From: Actinomycetota bacterium
Lineage (GTDB): Bacteria; Actinomycetota; Actinomycetes; Actinomycetales; Micrococcaceae
Length of the DNA stretch: 62,248 bases
Assembly (NCBI GenBank): GCA_046727115.1
Contig: JBKPBZ010000028.1
Location: 1-62,248, forward strand
Direction: 5' to 3'
Under the pieces are notes generated by a model. That model worked only from the letters and a program-made list of their open reading frames with translations, was not told the DNA's origin and searched no databases. This document shows, one piece after another, positions 17,755 through 25,866 of the stretch. A program made the translations under genes and the position numbers. How positions within the stretch are numbered: the first letter of the stretch is position 1; each line of letters begins with the position of its first letter.

Positions 17755-18001
17755 CGTGCTCCTGTTGCCAGGCGGCCATGTCGGCCGCTGACGGTGAGGG
17801 TAGGGCCTCGGTGACGCCTGGCGTCAGCTGGAACCCCAGGTCACGTAGGTGCTGTTCCAGGACACGGCGCAGATACTCGGACGGGCTGGGGACACCGGTG
17901 GTGGCGCATAGCCAGTCCACGATGCGGCGGGTGGGTTCTGGGACACGCGTCGCGATCGTGGTGGTCGACTGGGTGTAGCGGGGCTGGGGTGTGGCGCCCA
18001 T
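17723..18001 (-). CDS. Putative ribbon-helix-helix DNA-binding protein
   Basis: TTIATRVPE...IVDWLC...SPSEYLRRVLEQHL pattern. Confidence 0.55.
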   Translation of the reverse strand: MGATPQPRYTQSTTTIATRVPEPTRRIVDWLCATTGVPSPSEYLRRVLEQHLRDLGFQLTPGVTEALPSPSAADMAAWQQEHGGPKPDRTVG

Positions 18002-18151
18002 CTACGGGATCGGACGGCAACGGAACCGGTGGCCCAGGGATGTCAGCCAGGATCGGCGGCCTAGGCAGCGGCCGCAGCGCGGCAGGGGCCACAGCAGGTC
18101 CGCTAGGACGCCCAGAATGACCATGGACGCCGCGGCAGCCAGGTGGCCCAT
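18002..18151 (-). CDS. Small hypothetical protein
   Basis: TGATG coupling; CGRC. Confidence 0.45.
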   Translation of the reverse strand: MGHLAAAASMVILGVLADLLWPLPRCGRCLGRRSWLTSLGHRFRCRPIP

Positions 18152-18405
18152 CAGAGGTCGTCGGGGACGGTGTCGGGGAACGCCTGGCCGATCTGTTCGG
18201 CCTGGTGGCGGATCGACATGGCCTCGTGGGCTGCGGCGGACCAGCGGTCGACGCCGCGCATGTTGATCGTGAACCGGCGGTCGGGGCCGTCGTCGTTTTC
18301 GCTGTCCGTCCACCACTCCAGCTCCACCTCACGGACACCGCCTAGGACGTGCTGGGCGGCGGCGGCCATGGCGAGGAACGGGTCCGTGTCGGCGGGGTGG
18401 GTCAT
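18151..18405 (-). CDS. Hypothetical protein
   Basis: Coupled ORF. Confidence 0.65.
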   Translation of the reverse strand: MTHPADTDPFLAMAAAAQHVLGGVREVELEWWTDSENDDGPDRRFTINMRGVDRWSAAAHEAMSIRHQAEQIGQAFPDTVPDDL

Positions 18406-18671
18406 GCTGCTGGGCCTCCGGTGATGGTGATGCTGTCGATGTAGGGCGTGAGGTCGACGCTAGAGCCGGTGGGGTGGCCGTCGTCGTCCAGGGGCATCGA
18501 TCGGACAATGTCGATCATGCTGGCGTCCTGGCCGGCCCACCCGGGCCGCATGGTGATGGCGGGTTCCCAGGGATAGCGGCCGTGGTATGGGCCGGGGCCG
18601 CCGTCGGGATGGATGCGGCCGCCGGTGGGGGCCGCCCACATCCACGCCCAGATTCGTCGGAGGAAGCTCAT
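18402..18671 (-). CDS. Hypothetical protein
   Basis: Coupled ORF. Confidence 0.6.
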   Translation of the reverse strand: MSFLRRIWAWMWAAPTGGRIHPDGGPGPYHGRYPWEPAITMRPGWAGQDASMIDIVRSMPLDDDGHPTGSSVDLTPYIDSITITGGPAA

Positions 18672-20065
18672 GCCTGAACGTCCAGCATGGCACCGGCCTT
18701 GCGGCGGGCGTGGGGGTCACGCTGCAGGTGTGTTTCGGCCAGGCCGGTTGGGGCTGCCCCGGCGATCCGGCTGGCGATGTAGCCGGCGCAGGCGGTCGCT
18801 GCCTGCCGGGGGTCGTACAGGTTCTCGGTCACTATCCCCGTGATCTCAGCCGGCGCGATGTCGGGCCAGGGACCGTTGATCTGGCCCAGCCAGTCGTACA
18901 GGTCGAACGGTTCACCGGTCAGGCGGGCCACGAGCTGTTCGAGCTGGGTGGGGTCCATGTAGCCCATGGCCACGTCCATGTCGACGCGGCCCGGGCGGAT
19001 CAGGGCGGGGTCGAGGGCGGTGTGGTCGTTGGTGGTCATCATCGTGACCAGCCCGTGCGGGGTGACGACGCCGTCCAGGGCGTTCAGGAGGCCGGCGAGG
19101 GTGATGCCCTCACGGTCGGCGTCGTCCCGGACCTTCGCCGCATGCACCACATCCACATCCTCCAGCAGCAGCACGGCGCGGTCGCCTAGCTGGCCGATCA
19201 GGCGGTTGAGGGCCGCGTCGTTCTCCAGGTCGCTGAGGGGCAGGAAGTACAGGTCCAGGCCCAGGGTCCAGGCCAGCGCGCGTGCGCTGCTGGTCTTGCC
19301 AGTCCCAGGTGGGCCGTGGAACAGGTAACCGCGATGCCATGGCGCGCCCAGTTCTGCGTACCGTTTCTCGGCGCCGAGGAAGCGTTCGAGGTCGTGGCGG
19401 ATGCCGTCCAGGTGGCCGGCGGGCAGGACCACGGTGTCCAGGTCGCGGGGCTGTAGCTGGCGGACGGATTGCCAGTCACCCCACCGGGCGGCGACATATA
19501 GGCGTGGGATGCGCCTTCCGTCGTGGAGGGCGTCGGCGACGGACTGCAGGAACACCTCCACGGCGGCGCGGCCGGCGACGTCGGCGGCGGTGAAGATGAT
19601 CTTCTTCGGCTTGTAGGCCCCGCTGCCCTCGACGCCGATCGCCTGATCCTCGCGTTCCACCTGGACCTGGATTGGGTGGCCATCCAGGACGACACGTTGG
19701 ACGCGGGCGCCGTCGTAGAACAGGCGGACCTGGCGCCGTACCTGTTCCTCGGCCCCAGGGAACAGGTCGACGGGTTGGGTCATGTCGTGGGCGCGGCGGC
19801 TGGTGTGGGCGACCAGGGCGCGCTGACGGTCGGCCGGGATGCGGTCAAGGAGCCAGGCCTGGACCTGCCCGTAGATGTCATCGTTGTCGTAGACGGTGAT
19901 CGTGAACGCCCGCTGGTTCTGCCAGTTGCGCCACATCTGCAGGCCCTGGCGGGCGAGATGGTAGGTAGCGGTGGCTGTGGCCAGACGGTTGCCCCAGCGG
20001 CCCCTGGGGCGTCCTGTGGCGTTCTGGGCGGCTGCCAGGTGGTCGGTATCGGGGCTGGCGGTCAT
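18668..20065 (-). CDS. BCS1-like AAA+ ATPase
   Basis: RGYLFHGPPGTGKTS, LLLEDVD, ITLAGLLNALDG, MTTN, LDPALIRPGRVD. Confidence 0.9.
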   Translation of the reverse strand: MTASPDTDHLAAAQNATGRPRGRWGNRLATATATYHLARQGLQMWRNWQNQRAFTITVYDNDDIYGQVQAWLLDRIPADRQRALVAHTSRRAHDMTQPVDLFPGAEEQVRRQVRLFYDGARVQRVVLDGHPIQVQVEREDQAIGVEGSGAYKPKKIIFTAADVAGRAAVEVFLQSVADALHDGRRIPRLYVAARWGDWQSVRQLQPRDLDTVVLPAGHLDGIRHDLERFLGAEKRYAELGAPWHRGYLFHGPPGTGKTSSARALAWTLGLDLYFLPLSDLENDAALNRLIGQLGDRAVLLLEDVDVVHAAKVRDDADREGITLAGLLNALDGVVTPHGLVTMMTTNDHTALDPALIRPGRVDMDVAMGYMDPTQLEQLVARLTGEPFDLYDWLGQINGPWPDIAPAEITGIVTENLYDPRQAATACAGYIASRIAGAAPTGLAETHLQRDPHARRKAGAMLDVQA

Positions 20066-20601
20066 CGTCGGACGGGCTTCCTCGCTGCGGTCAGGTAGAC
20101 GGGCTGGTGACCGAAGAACGAATCCTCTGCCTCAGGACCGATGCGCCAGACATCGGGGCCGAGCTGCTGCAGCGGGTACTGGGGGTTCTGGCGGACGATG
20201 CTGTCCAGGCCGCGCTGCAGGGCCGTCTGGTCGGCGTACACGGCATGCACTGTGACAGCGTCCCCACGGTCGCGCAGGAGCACGATGACCTCGGCCCCCG
20301 GCATCACAGGAGCGGGGGCGACAGCCATGACGGCCTCGGGTCGGGCCAGCGCGGCCTCGGCCTCGTCGTCGGCGGCCATGCGATCGATGGCGGACATGGG
20401 CCGGCACTGGGAACAGCCCTCGGTTGCCCAGGAGCAGGCGTCGCAGCCGTAGTGCATGTGGGGGACGGCGGCCGGATAGCCGCAGACCGCCATGTCCGCA
20501 TCTGGTCCGTCGTCGTCGGCGCGCAGGGGAATCTTGGCTGTGCAGGTGTTGTCTGGGCCGCCAGGGACGAAGGCATGGCGGCGGGCATCGTGATCGGTCA
20601 T
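20062..20601 (-). CDS. Cys-rich hypothetical protein
   Basis: ATG at 20601; CDAC...CSQC. Confidence 0.65.
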   Translation of the reverse strand: MTDHDARRHAFVPGGPDNTCTAKIPLRADDDGPDADMAVCGYPAAVPHMHYGCDACSWATEGCSQCRPMSAIDRMAADDEAEAALARPEAVMAVAPAPVMPGAEVIVLLRDRGDAVTVHAVYADQTALQRGLDSIVRQNPQYPLQQLGPDVWRIGPEAEDSFFGHQPVYLTAARKPVRR

Positions 20602-20870
20602 GCGAGGCCAACCCAGCGGAGAATGGCGGCCATGGCCACCACGATGACGGCTACGAGGATCAGCACGGCACCGCAGAACAGCGTGACCAGGAGGATCTGG
20701 CTGGGGAATGGCATGTCGGCCCATGCCATCACCGCCTTGGCCACCGGGGGTGGGGCAGGGATGTTGTCGACCCAGCCCGGGGGGATGCACTTGTCCATGT
20801 GCCGTATGGCGCCCGCCCGTGGGGCGACGGCCTTACATGCGGGGCACTGCACCCAGGCGTCGTCAGCCAC
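20598..20870 (-). CDS. Zn-finger plus transmembrane small protein
   Basis: CPAC...HMDKC and a hydrophobic C-terminus. Confidence 0.65.
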   Translation of the reverse strand: MADDAWVQCPACKAVAPRAGAIRHMDKCIPPGWVDNIPAPPPVAKAVMAWADMPFPSQILLVTLFCGAVLILVAVIVVAMAAILRWVGLA

Positions 20871-21444
20871 AGGTCGCCACTGCTTCCTGGATCAGCTGCC
20901 CGTAATCAAGGCGGCCGGCAGGGGTCAGGTGGATGCCGTCGGTATCGATGTCCCTAGGGTGGGCGAGGGCGATGAGTCGCCAGTCCACAGTGTCCTGGTC
21001 GTGGGCGGTGGCGTAGACGGTGATCCAGTCCCGGACGGCCTGGATGCCGGCGGCGTGGGTGGGGTCGGTGCCGGCGTAGTAGGGGAGGAGCCAGACGATG
21101 CAGGCGCTGGGATGCGGGGTGTGGGCCAGGGTCGTGAGCTGTTGGGCGTCGGTGGCGTCGAACCCGTTGCCGCCGTCGTTCTGGCCGAGGGCGAACACAA
21201 CACGGCCGGGGCTACGGGTGGGGTCATTGACGCGCTCGGCCAGACCAGGCTGCACGTCCTCCGCCTGCCATCCGAGCATGCTGTAGACGTCCCAGCCCTG
21301 GGGCAGCGCGTCGGCGGTGATGGCGGTTTGCAGGGTGAGACTGTCGCCCCCAACGAACGGGGGTTCCGTCGCGCTGGGCGGGTACTGGCAGCCGACGGCG
21401 GCCACGAGGAGGCCGGCGATGATGATGGCGATGCGGGCGATCAT
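20863..21444 (-). CDS. SGNH-hydrolase lipoprotein
   Basis: Lipobox-like AAVGC; GDSL, LGQND, DGIH. Confidence 0.8.
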   Translation of the reverse strand: MIARIAIIIAGLLVAAVGCQYPPSATEPPFVGGDSLTLQTAITADALPQGWDVYSMLGWQAEDVQPGLAERVNDPTRSPGRVVFALGQNDGGNGFDATDAQQLTTLAHTPHPSACIVWLLPYYAGTDPTHAAGIQAVRDWITVYATAHDQDTVDWRLIALAHPRDIDTDGIHLTPAGRLDYGQLIQEAVATCG

Positions 21445-21947
21445 GCCGGCGTCTCAGGCAACGTGGCCGGCAGGGCGCGGGCCATGACGGCGGTCGTGAC
21501 GGTGTGGGCGAGGCGGTCAGCGAGAGAGCGCGCCCGCAGGGTGACGGCGTTGCGGTCGGCGGGGTTGATGTAGGCGCCGTTGACCACGTCGGTGAGCAGG
21601 TGCATCAGCTCAGCGCAGGCCACCAGTGCCCGCTCATCCTCAGGCAGCGTCTCAGGTGCCCAGGGGATCACCTCACGTTCCTGGGGGCCGACGGCCGTGG
21701 GGTCGGCGCCGGGCAGGAGGATGGTGCTGACACCCTGCATGGCATCCGTCAGGGGATCAGACCACGGGTCGGTCAGCTGCATGGCACCGTCGGTGGGCGG
21801 CAGGGGGTAGACGGTGAGGGTGGGGATGTCGCCGCCCATGATGGTCAGCGTGAAGCCCTGCACAGTGTTGGGGTCGAGGCCGACGGCGCGGCACAGGTTG
21901 GCGTTGAGGTCGTTGACGGACACAGCGATGTCCGGGATGTTGTCCAT
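21441..21947 (-). CDS. Hypothetical protein
   Basis: GGAGACACC-ATG start. Confidence 0.75.
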   Translation of the reverse strand: MDNIPDIAVSVNDLNANLCRAVGLDPNTVQGFTLTIMGGDIPTLTVYPLPPTDGAMQLTDPWSDPLTDAMQGVSTILLPGADPTAVGPQEREVIPWAPETLPEDERALVACAELMHLLTDVVNGAYINPADRNAVTLRARSLADRLAHTVTTAVMARALPATLPETPA

Positions 21948-21961
21948 GGTGTCTCCAGGGG

Positions 21962-21998
21962 GTTAGCGGGGTAACAGGCGGTCACGTTAGCGCGCTAC
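21962..21998 (-). promoter_or_regulatory. Tandem motif copies (21962-21975, 21986-21998); -10 TAACGT
   Basis: GTTAGCGGGGTAAC and GTTAGCGCGCTAC; contains the stop of the MerR-like gene. Confidence 0.75.
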
Positions 21999-22430
21999 GC
22001 ACGCGTTGACGCGCATGTCGGCCCAGGCGTCCACATCCATGCGGCCACCCAGCATGACGTCCAGGTCGTAGGCGACCACGACCGCCGCGCCGATGCCGTC
22101 CACGGCAGTGCGGACGTCAGCCCATGTGGCCGCCCACCGCATCTCCAGTGGATCGGGGATCAGGACGGCATAGCCGTTGCGGACCGGTTCTGGTAGGTCG
22201 GGGTCCAGGGCGGCCCGGGCAATCTCAGGTAGCCCTGACACGCTGCTGGTGTCAGCCAGCACCGAGGCAACCTGGTAGGCGATCGCCAGGCGTACGACCT
22301 GCAGGGAGTCCCAGGTACGGCGGCTGCCGCTGCCGTTGTTCATGCCGGCCAGGGCAGGCTGGGTGCGGGTGAGGTAGTCGAGCTGCCGGAAGGTGCAGCC
22401 GATGATCTGGCACGCACGTTGCGATCGCAT
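21987..22430 (-). CDS. MerR-family HTH regulator (Rv1830/McdR-like)
   Basis: ACQIIGCTFRQLDY...GSGSRRTW; leaderless start. Confidence 0.75.
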   Translation of the reverse strand: MRSQRACQIIGCTFRQLDYLTRTQPALAGMNNGSGSRRTWDSLQVVRLAIAYQVASVLADTSSVSGLPEIARAALDPDLPEPVRNGYAVLIPDPLEMRWAATWADVRTAVDGIGAAVVVAYDLDVMLGGRMDVDAWADMRVNACVAR

Positions 22431-22436
22431 GCAGCG

Positions 22437-22451
22437 ACGTTAGCGCGGTAC
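22437..22451 (-). promoter_or_regulatory. Motif GTTAGCGCGGTAC; leaderless promoter (TAACGT-6 nt-ATG)
   Basis: -10 lies 6 nt before ATG 22430; no SD. Confidence 0.8.
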
Positions 22452-22456
22452 GCCTG

Positions 22457-23167
22457 CTATGGCGACGGATGGTGCCCGTTGCCGTTCGTTCCGGCCAGCT
22501 GCTCCGGTTCGGTCGCGGCCCGGTTCGCCCGGGCGGCAGCGATCTCCTCGGCCAGCCGCACCGCCACGGCCTTACCGTCGATCAGGGGCGCACCGTCGGC
22601 GCCCGTCAACTCGATCGTGTTGCGGTTGAAGTCCTCGGGCCAGCGCCGCGACAGCAGCCACTGGATCATCCGGGGTTCCGGATCAGCCACCGATTCCTTC
22701 GTGGTCGTCTCCAGCACCTGGCCAGTGGCGTTGACCTTCTTGGTCACCTCACGGCGCACGAACCCGCCCTGAGCCAGCTTCTGCCCCAGGGCCAGGAGCT
22801 GTAGGCGAGCCTCGGCCTCCGCTGATTCCATGCGGGCGGCCAGTTCGGCGCACTGCTTCTCGTGCCTCGACAGGTCGCTGTGCCGGCGGACCCCGGTCAG
22901 CAGATCGCGTTGGGCACGCACCCCCGTCTTCTGCCACTCCCACAGCCGGGACTTGTCGACCCCGATCCGGGCCGCAGCATCCTTGACGAACGCCCCAGCG
23001 CGCAGCGCCTCCTCAACCCGGTCGATCAGGTTGACCTCGATGACCTGCACCAGCTCGCCATCAGAGGTACGGACCTCGCGCATCCCAACGGGTGCGTAGA
23101 AGTCGGTGGGTGGGTTACCGCCCGGGCTGCCGCGGCGTGGCCGGCGTTGTCGACGTGGGGCCGTCAT
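22457..23167 (-). CDS. Probable terminase small subunit (HTH)
   Basis: ALRAGAFVKDAAARIGVDKSRLWEW...WLLSRRWPEDF...IELTGADGAPL. Confidence 0.7.
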   Translation of the reverse strand: MTAPRRQRRPRRGSPGGNPPTDFYAPVGMREVRTSDGELVQVIEVNLIDRVEEALRAGAFVKDAAARIGVDKSRLWEWQKTGVRAQRDLLTGVRRHSDLSRHEKQCAELAARMESAEAEARLQLLALGQKLAQGGFVRREVTKKVNATGQVLETTTKESVADPEPRMIQWLLSRRWPEDFNRNTIELTGADGAPLIDGKAVAVRLAEEIAAARANRAATEPEQLAGTNGNGHHPSP

Positions 23168-23190
23168 GTCGACACTGAGGGTAGCTGGTC

Positions 23191-23234
23191 GACGGCCGCC
23201 CGGCTGTGAGGGGATCGGCGGCCGGGCGGCCGTC
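23191..23234 (-). terminator. 14-bp perfect hairpin
   Basis: GACGGCCGCCCGGC/GCCGGGCGGCCGTC. Confidence 0.6.
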
Positions 23235-23262
23235 TGATTGTGATGCGGGGGCGTGCTCCTCC

Positions 23263-23409
23263 CCGCACGGGACACACACCGTCGGGGTTACCCGAGGCCG
23301 GAGACACCCGCGGTGTTCGCCGCTGTGTCAACCCCTCTGGCCCTTCCGGGGCGGATGTCGGAACCGCCGCGCTCAGCGCACCAGAACCCCCGGTGTGTGT
23401 CCCGTACGA
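23263..23409 (-). ncRNA. Candidate multi-branched structured RNA with a perfect four-way junction
   Basis: 15-bp perfect closing stem 23267-23281/23391-23405; CUGG/CCAG encloses three hairpins including a GGAA tetraloop. Confidence 0.55.
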
Positions 23410-23452
23410 GGCCCGGACAGCTCGGCGCGCTGCCCGGGACCACGCAATGTTG

Positions 23453-23644
23453 TCAGATGATCTTCCCATCTCGGGGCTGCTCGTTCGCCCGCTCCTGCTC
23501 CTCAGGGGTCATCTCCTTTTCCTGCTTCTCGTAGTGGCGGCGGGTCTGCCCCTTGTCACGCTTGTCGACGCCGCCACCGGAGTCGGCAGCGCCGCCGTTG
23601 TCGTCGCCACCACCCAGGCCGAACGCCTGGCCGAGGAAGCCCAT
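23453..23644 (-). CDS. 63-aa Gly-rich/charged small protein
   Basis: GGAGACACC-ATG start; MGFLGQAFGLGGGDDNGG... Confidence 0.65.
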   Translation of the reverse strand: MGFLGQAFGLGGGDDNGGAADSGGGVDKRDKGQTRRHYEKQEKEMTPEEQERANEQPRDGKII

Positions 23645-23685
23645 GGTGTCTCCTGTCTGCTGTGGCACTTACTGCCGGGCACCTC

Positions 23686-23793
23686 CCAGCGTGGGCCGCT
23701 CGAACACCGCCGAAGCGGTACGGGGTTCAGCCACCAGCGCCAGGAGTAGCCCCGCGTCTCTGGGGTGGCATTCGTTCGAGCGGCCCACGCCAG
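23686..23793 (-). ncRNA. Candidate structured RNA/leader with 17-bp closing stem and cUUCGg loop
   Basis: GCGTGGGCCGCTCGAAC (23689-23705)/GTTCGAGCGGCCCACGC (23774-23790); ACCGC-UUCG-GCGGU. Confidence 0.55.
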
Positions 23794-23829
23794 GCCCGGA
23801 CGGCGGCGGCACCGCCCGGGCCGGCGTGG
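23785..23829 (-). terminator. Hairpin after the DUF932 gene, overlapping the structured RNA stem
   Basis: CCACGCC-GGCCCGG...CCGGGCC-GGCGTGG. Confidence 0.5.
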
Positions 23830-23835
23830 CGGATG

Positions 23836-24915
23836 TCAGGCGGCCACCACCTCCTCGATCAGCTTGAGGGCATGGCCCTTCAGGCGCTCGGGACGCAGGA
23901 TGGTGCGGCCGACGTAGGTGTCACGGGTACGGAACCGGCGGATGTGGTCCAGGTACTCGGTCGACGCCTGCAGCAGCCCATAGGCGCTGTCCTGCAGGCC
24001 CTCCATCGTGATGCTGCTGGTGTGCAGCCGGTCGAACGTCTGGCGGGCGGTCAGGACGTTCTGGTGGACACGGTCGCTGCAGATTTCCCCGTTGTCGCGG
24101 GGGCTGGGCAGGAACAGCTCCGTGAACGTCTTGACCTGGTTGGGGTTGATGGGGGTCTGGGCCAGCTGGGTGAATAGCTGCTGTGTCTCAGCCACCTCGG
24201 CCCGCAGGTTGCCCAGCGCAGCCTTGGCCTCGCTGATGCGGGCCTGGACGTCGCCGGTGTGCCGGAACACGTAGCGGGCGCCATTGCGGGCGCCCTCGGC
24301 GTCAGCGGCGGACCAGGTGTTCCAGCAGACGACCCTGACCGTGGTGTAGGTCAGGCTGCAGCTGGCGGAGCCGTCGTGGGCGTTCAGCAGGGCCAGGAAC
24401 GGGTACGACGGGCTGCTGTCGCCCGGCACCTGGAACGGCTCGTCCAACCGGACCAGCGCCCAGACCTGGCGGCCCTCACGGACCGAACCAGCCGTCTCGA
24501 ACTTGACGTTGGCGTCGGCGCCCATGACGGCGTCGATGATCTGGCCCATGTCGCCGTGGGTGATCAGGCTGTAGCTGTCGCTGGGAACGGCCAGGACATC
24601 GCCGGTGTCATCGCGCTCGATGGCCATGTGGCCCTCGGCCGCGACCATGACCGGGTACCGGGTGTCCGGGTCGTCGGTCAGCGGGCGGGGTGACAGCATG
24701 TGGAAGTCGGCGACCTGATCGTCAGCGGTCAGGGCGTCGATCTGGGCGGACGTCAGGTGCTTCTGGGTGTAGACGGGGACCTGGCGGGGTTCCCACATCA
24801 GGCCGGCAGCCATGCGGGCGTCGTCCCAGCCCTCGGGGTACTCGTCCAGGACCGTTGCCAGGCCGTGCCAGGAAGGCTCACGGACGCTGAAACCGCAGTC
24901 GAAGTAAGCAGGCAT
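23836..24915 (-). CDS. DUF932 family protein
   Basis: REPSWHGL, FETAGSVREGRQVW, LLNAHDGS, TTVRVVCWNT, RHTG. Confidence 0.88.
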   Translation of the reverse strand: MPAYFDCGFSVREPSWHGLATVLDEYPEGWDDARMAAGLMWEPRQVPVYTQKHLTSAQIDALTADDQVADFHMLSPRPLTDDPDTRYPVMVAAEGHMAIERDDTGDVLAVPSDSYSLITHGDMGQIIDAVMGADANVKFETAGSVREGRQVWALVRLDEPFQVPGDSSPSYPFLALLNAHDGSASCSLTYTTVRVVCWNTWSAADAEGARNGARYVFRHTGDVQARISEAKAALGNLRAEVAETQQLFTQLAQTPINPNQVKTFTELFLPSPRDNGEICSDRVHQNVLTARQTFDRLHTSSITMEGLQDSAYGLLQASTEYLDHIRRFRTRDTYVGRTILRPERLKGHALKLIEEVVAA

Positions 24916-24968
24916 TTGGGTGTCTCCTTGGGGTGTTTCGCCCGGTCGGGTTGTCCGGGCAGGACCCC

Positions 24969-24985
24969 AATGTAACCGGGGTAAC
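24969..24985 (-). promoter_or_regulatory. Motif variant GTAACCGGGGTAAC with -10 TACATT
   Basis: Motif family member upstream of the DUF932 gene. Confidence 0.6.
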
Positions 24986-25021
24986 GGGGGTGTGGCAAGG
25001 GCGTGTCGGGGTCTGGACGCG

Positions 25022-25058
25022 CAGCGACCCCCGGCGGAGTGGGGGCCGGGGGTCGCTG
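25022..25058 (-). terminator. Hairpin terminator
   Basis: CAGCGACCCCCGGC/GCCGGGGGTCGCTG. Confidence 0.65.
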
Positions 25059-25071
25059 GTCCTGGGGGGAT

Positions 25072-25866
25072 CTACTGCTGGGTGCCGGTGCGCTCCCACG
25101 CTGCGTCCCAGCGCTTGAACGACACGCTGACCTCGTCAACCCAGAGGGCGAAGTCACGGAGGTCGACGCTGCGGCTGTCGGGGTGCGCGGCCCGGGCCTG
25201 GGCGACGTAGGTGTCCAGCTCGTCGTCCGTGACGCGGCGGCTGTTGTGGCGGCCACCCTTGCCCTTCGCCTTCTTGGCCTCGTTGGCGGCCAGGCGGACG
25301 GGATCGGCATTGCGGGGCTTGCGCACCTTGCCGACCTTACGGCCGGACCGGGGCTTGCCGGCAGCGTGGGCGGCGTTCAGGGCGTCCAGGTGGCTGGTGT
25401 CGGGACGGTCACCCTGGCGGCCACCGGCGATCCACGCCTGCATGGCACGGTGCTGCTCCTGCGCGGTCCAGACGTCGTACACGACGGCCGTGCCGTCAAC
25501 GATGGTGGCGTAGGGGCTGTCACCGGGCGCCGGGCGGTTCTCGTGCTGGCGCTGCTCAGCGGCTGCGCCGTCCAGAATGTCGGCGGCCATGAGGCTGAAC
25601 AGGCCACGGATCGACGCCCAGATGGCGGGCATGCCGACCGACAGCTCCAGCGCGTCGGTCAGGTCGTCCACCGGGACCTCCGCCACGAGGGCCTTGCGAA
25701 TGCGACGCATCGGCCGACGGCCATCGGAACGCTGGCTGCACTTCGGGCATTCGACCTTGGTGCCCTCGGTGGTGTCGTCGGGCAGATCCTCGCCCTTGGC
25801 CGCCGACAGGACGTGGTTGCAGCTGAGCCTGACAGCAGTGACGACGGTGGTGGTCGTGATGATCAT
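25072..25866 (-). CDS. Hypothetical protein with N-terminal Zn ribbon and basic C-terminal half
   Basis: GGAGACACC-ATG start; LSCNH...ECPKC. Confidence 0.7.
   Translation of the reverse strand: MIITTTTVVTAVRLSCNHVLSAAKGEDLPDDTTEGTKVECPKCSQRSDGRRPMRRIRKALVAEVPVDDLTDALELSVGMPAIWASIRGLFSLMAADILDGAAAEQRQHENRPAPGDSPYATIVDGTAVVYDVWTAQEQHRAMQAWIAGGRQGDRPDTSHLDALNAAHAAGKPRSGRKVGKVRKPRNADPVRLAANEAKKAKGKGGRHNSRRVTDDELDTYVAQARAAHPDSRSVDLRDFALWVDEVSVSFKRWDAAWERTGTQQ

Noticed and set aside
23337-23384. Canonical tRNA gene
   Set aside because: The cloverleaf has the wrong arm lengths, no 7-nt anticodon loop and no acceptor/CCA end; kept only as an ncRNA candidate
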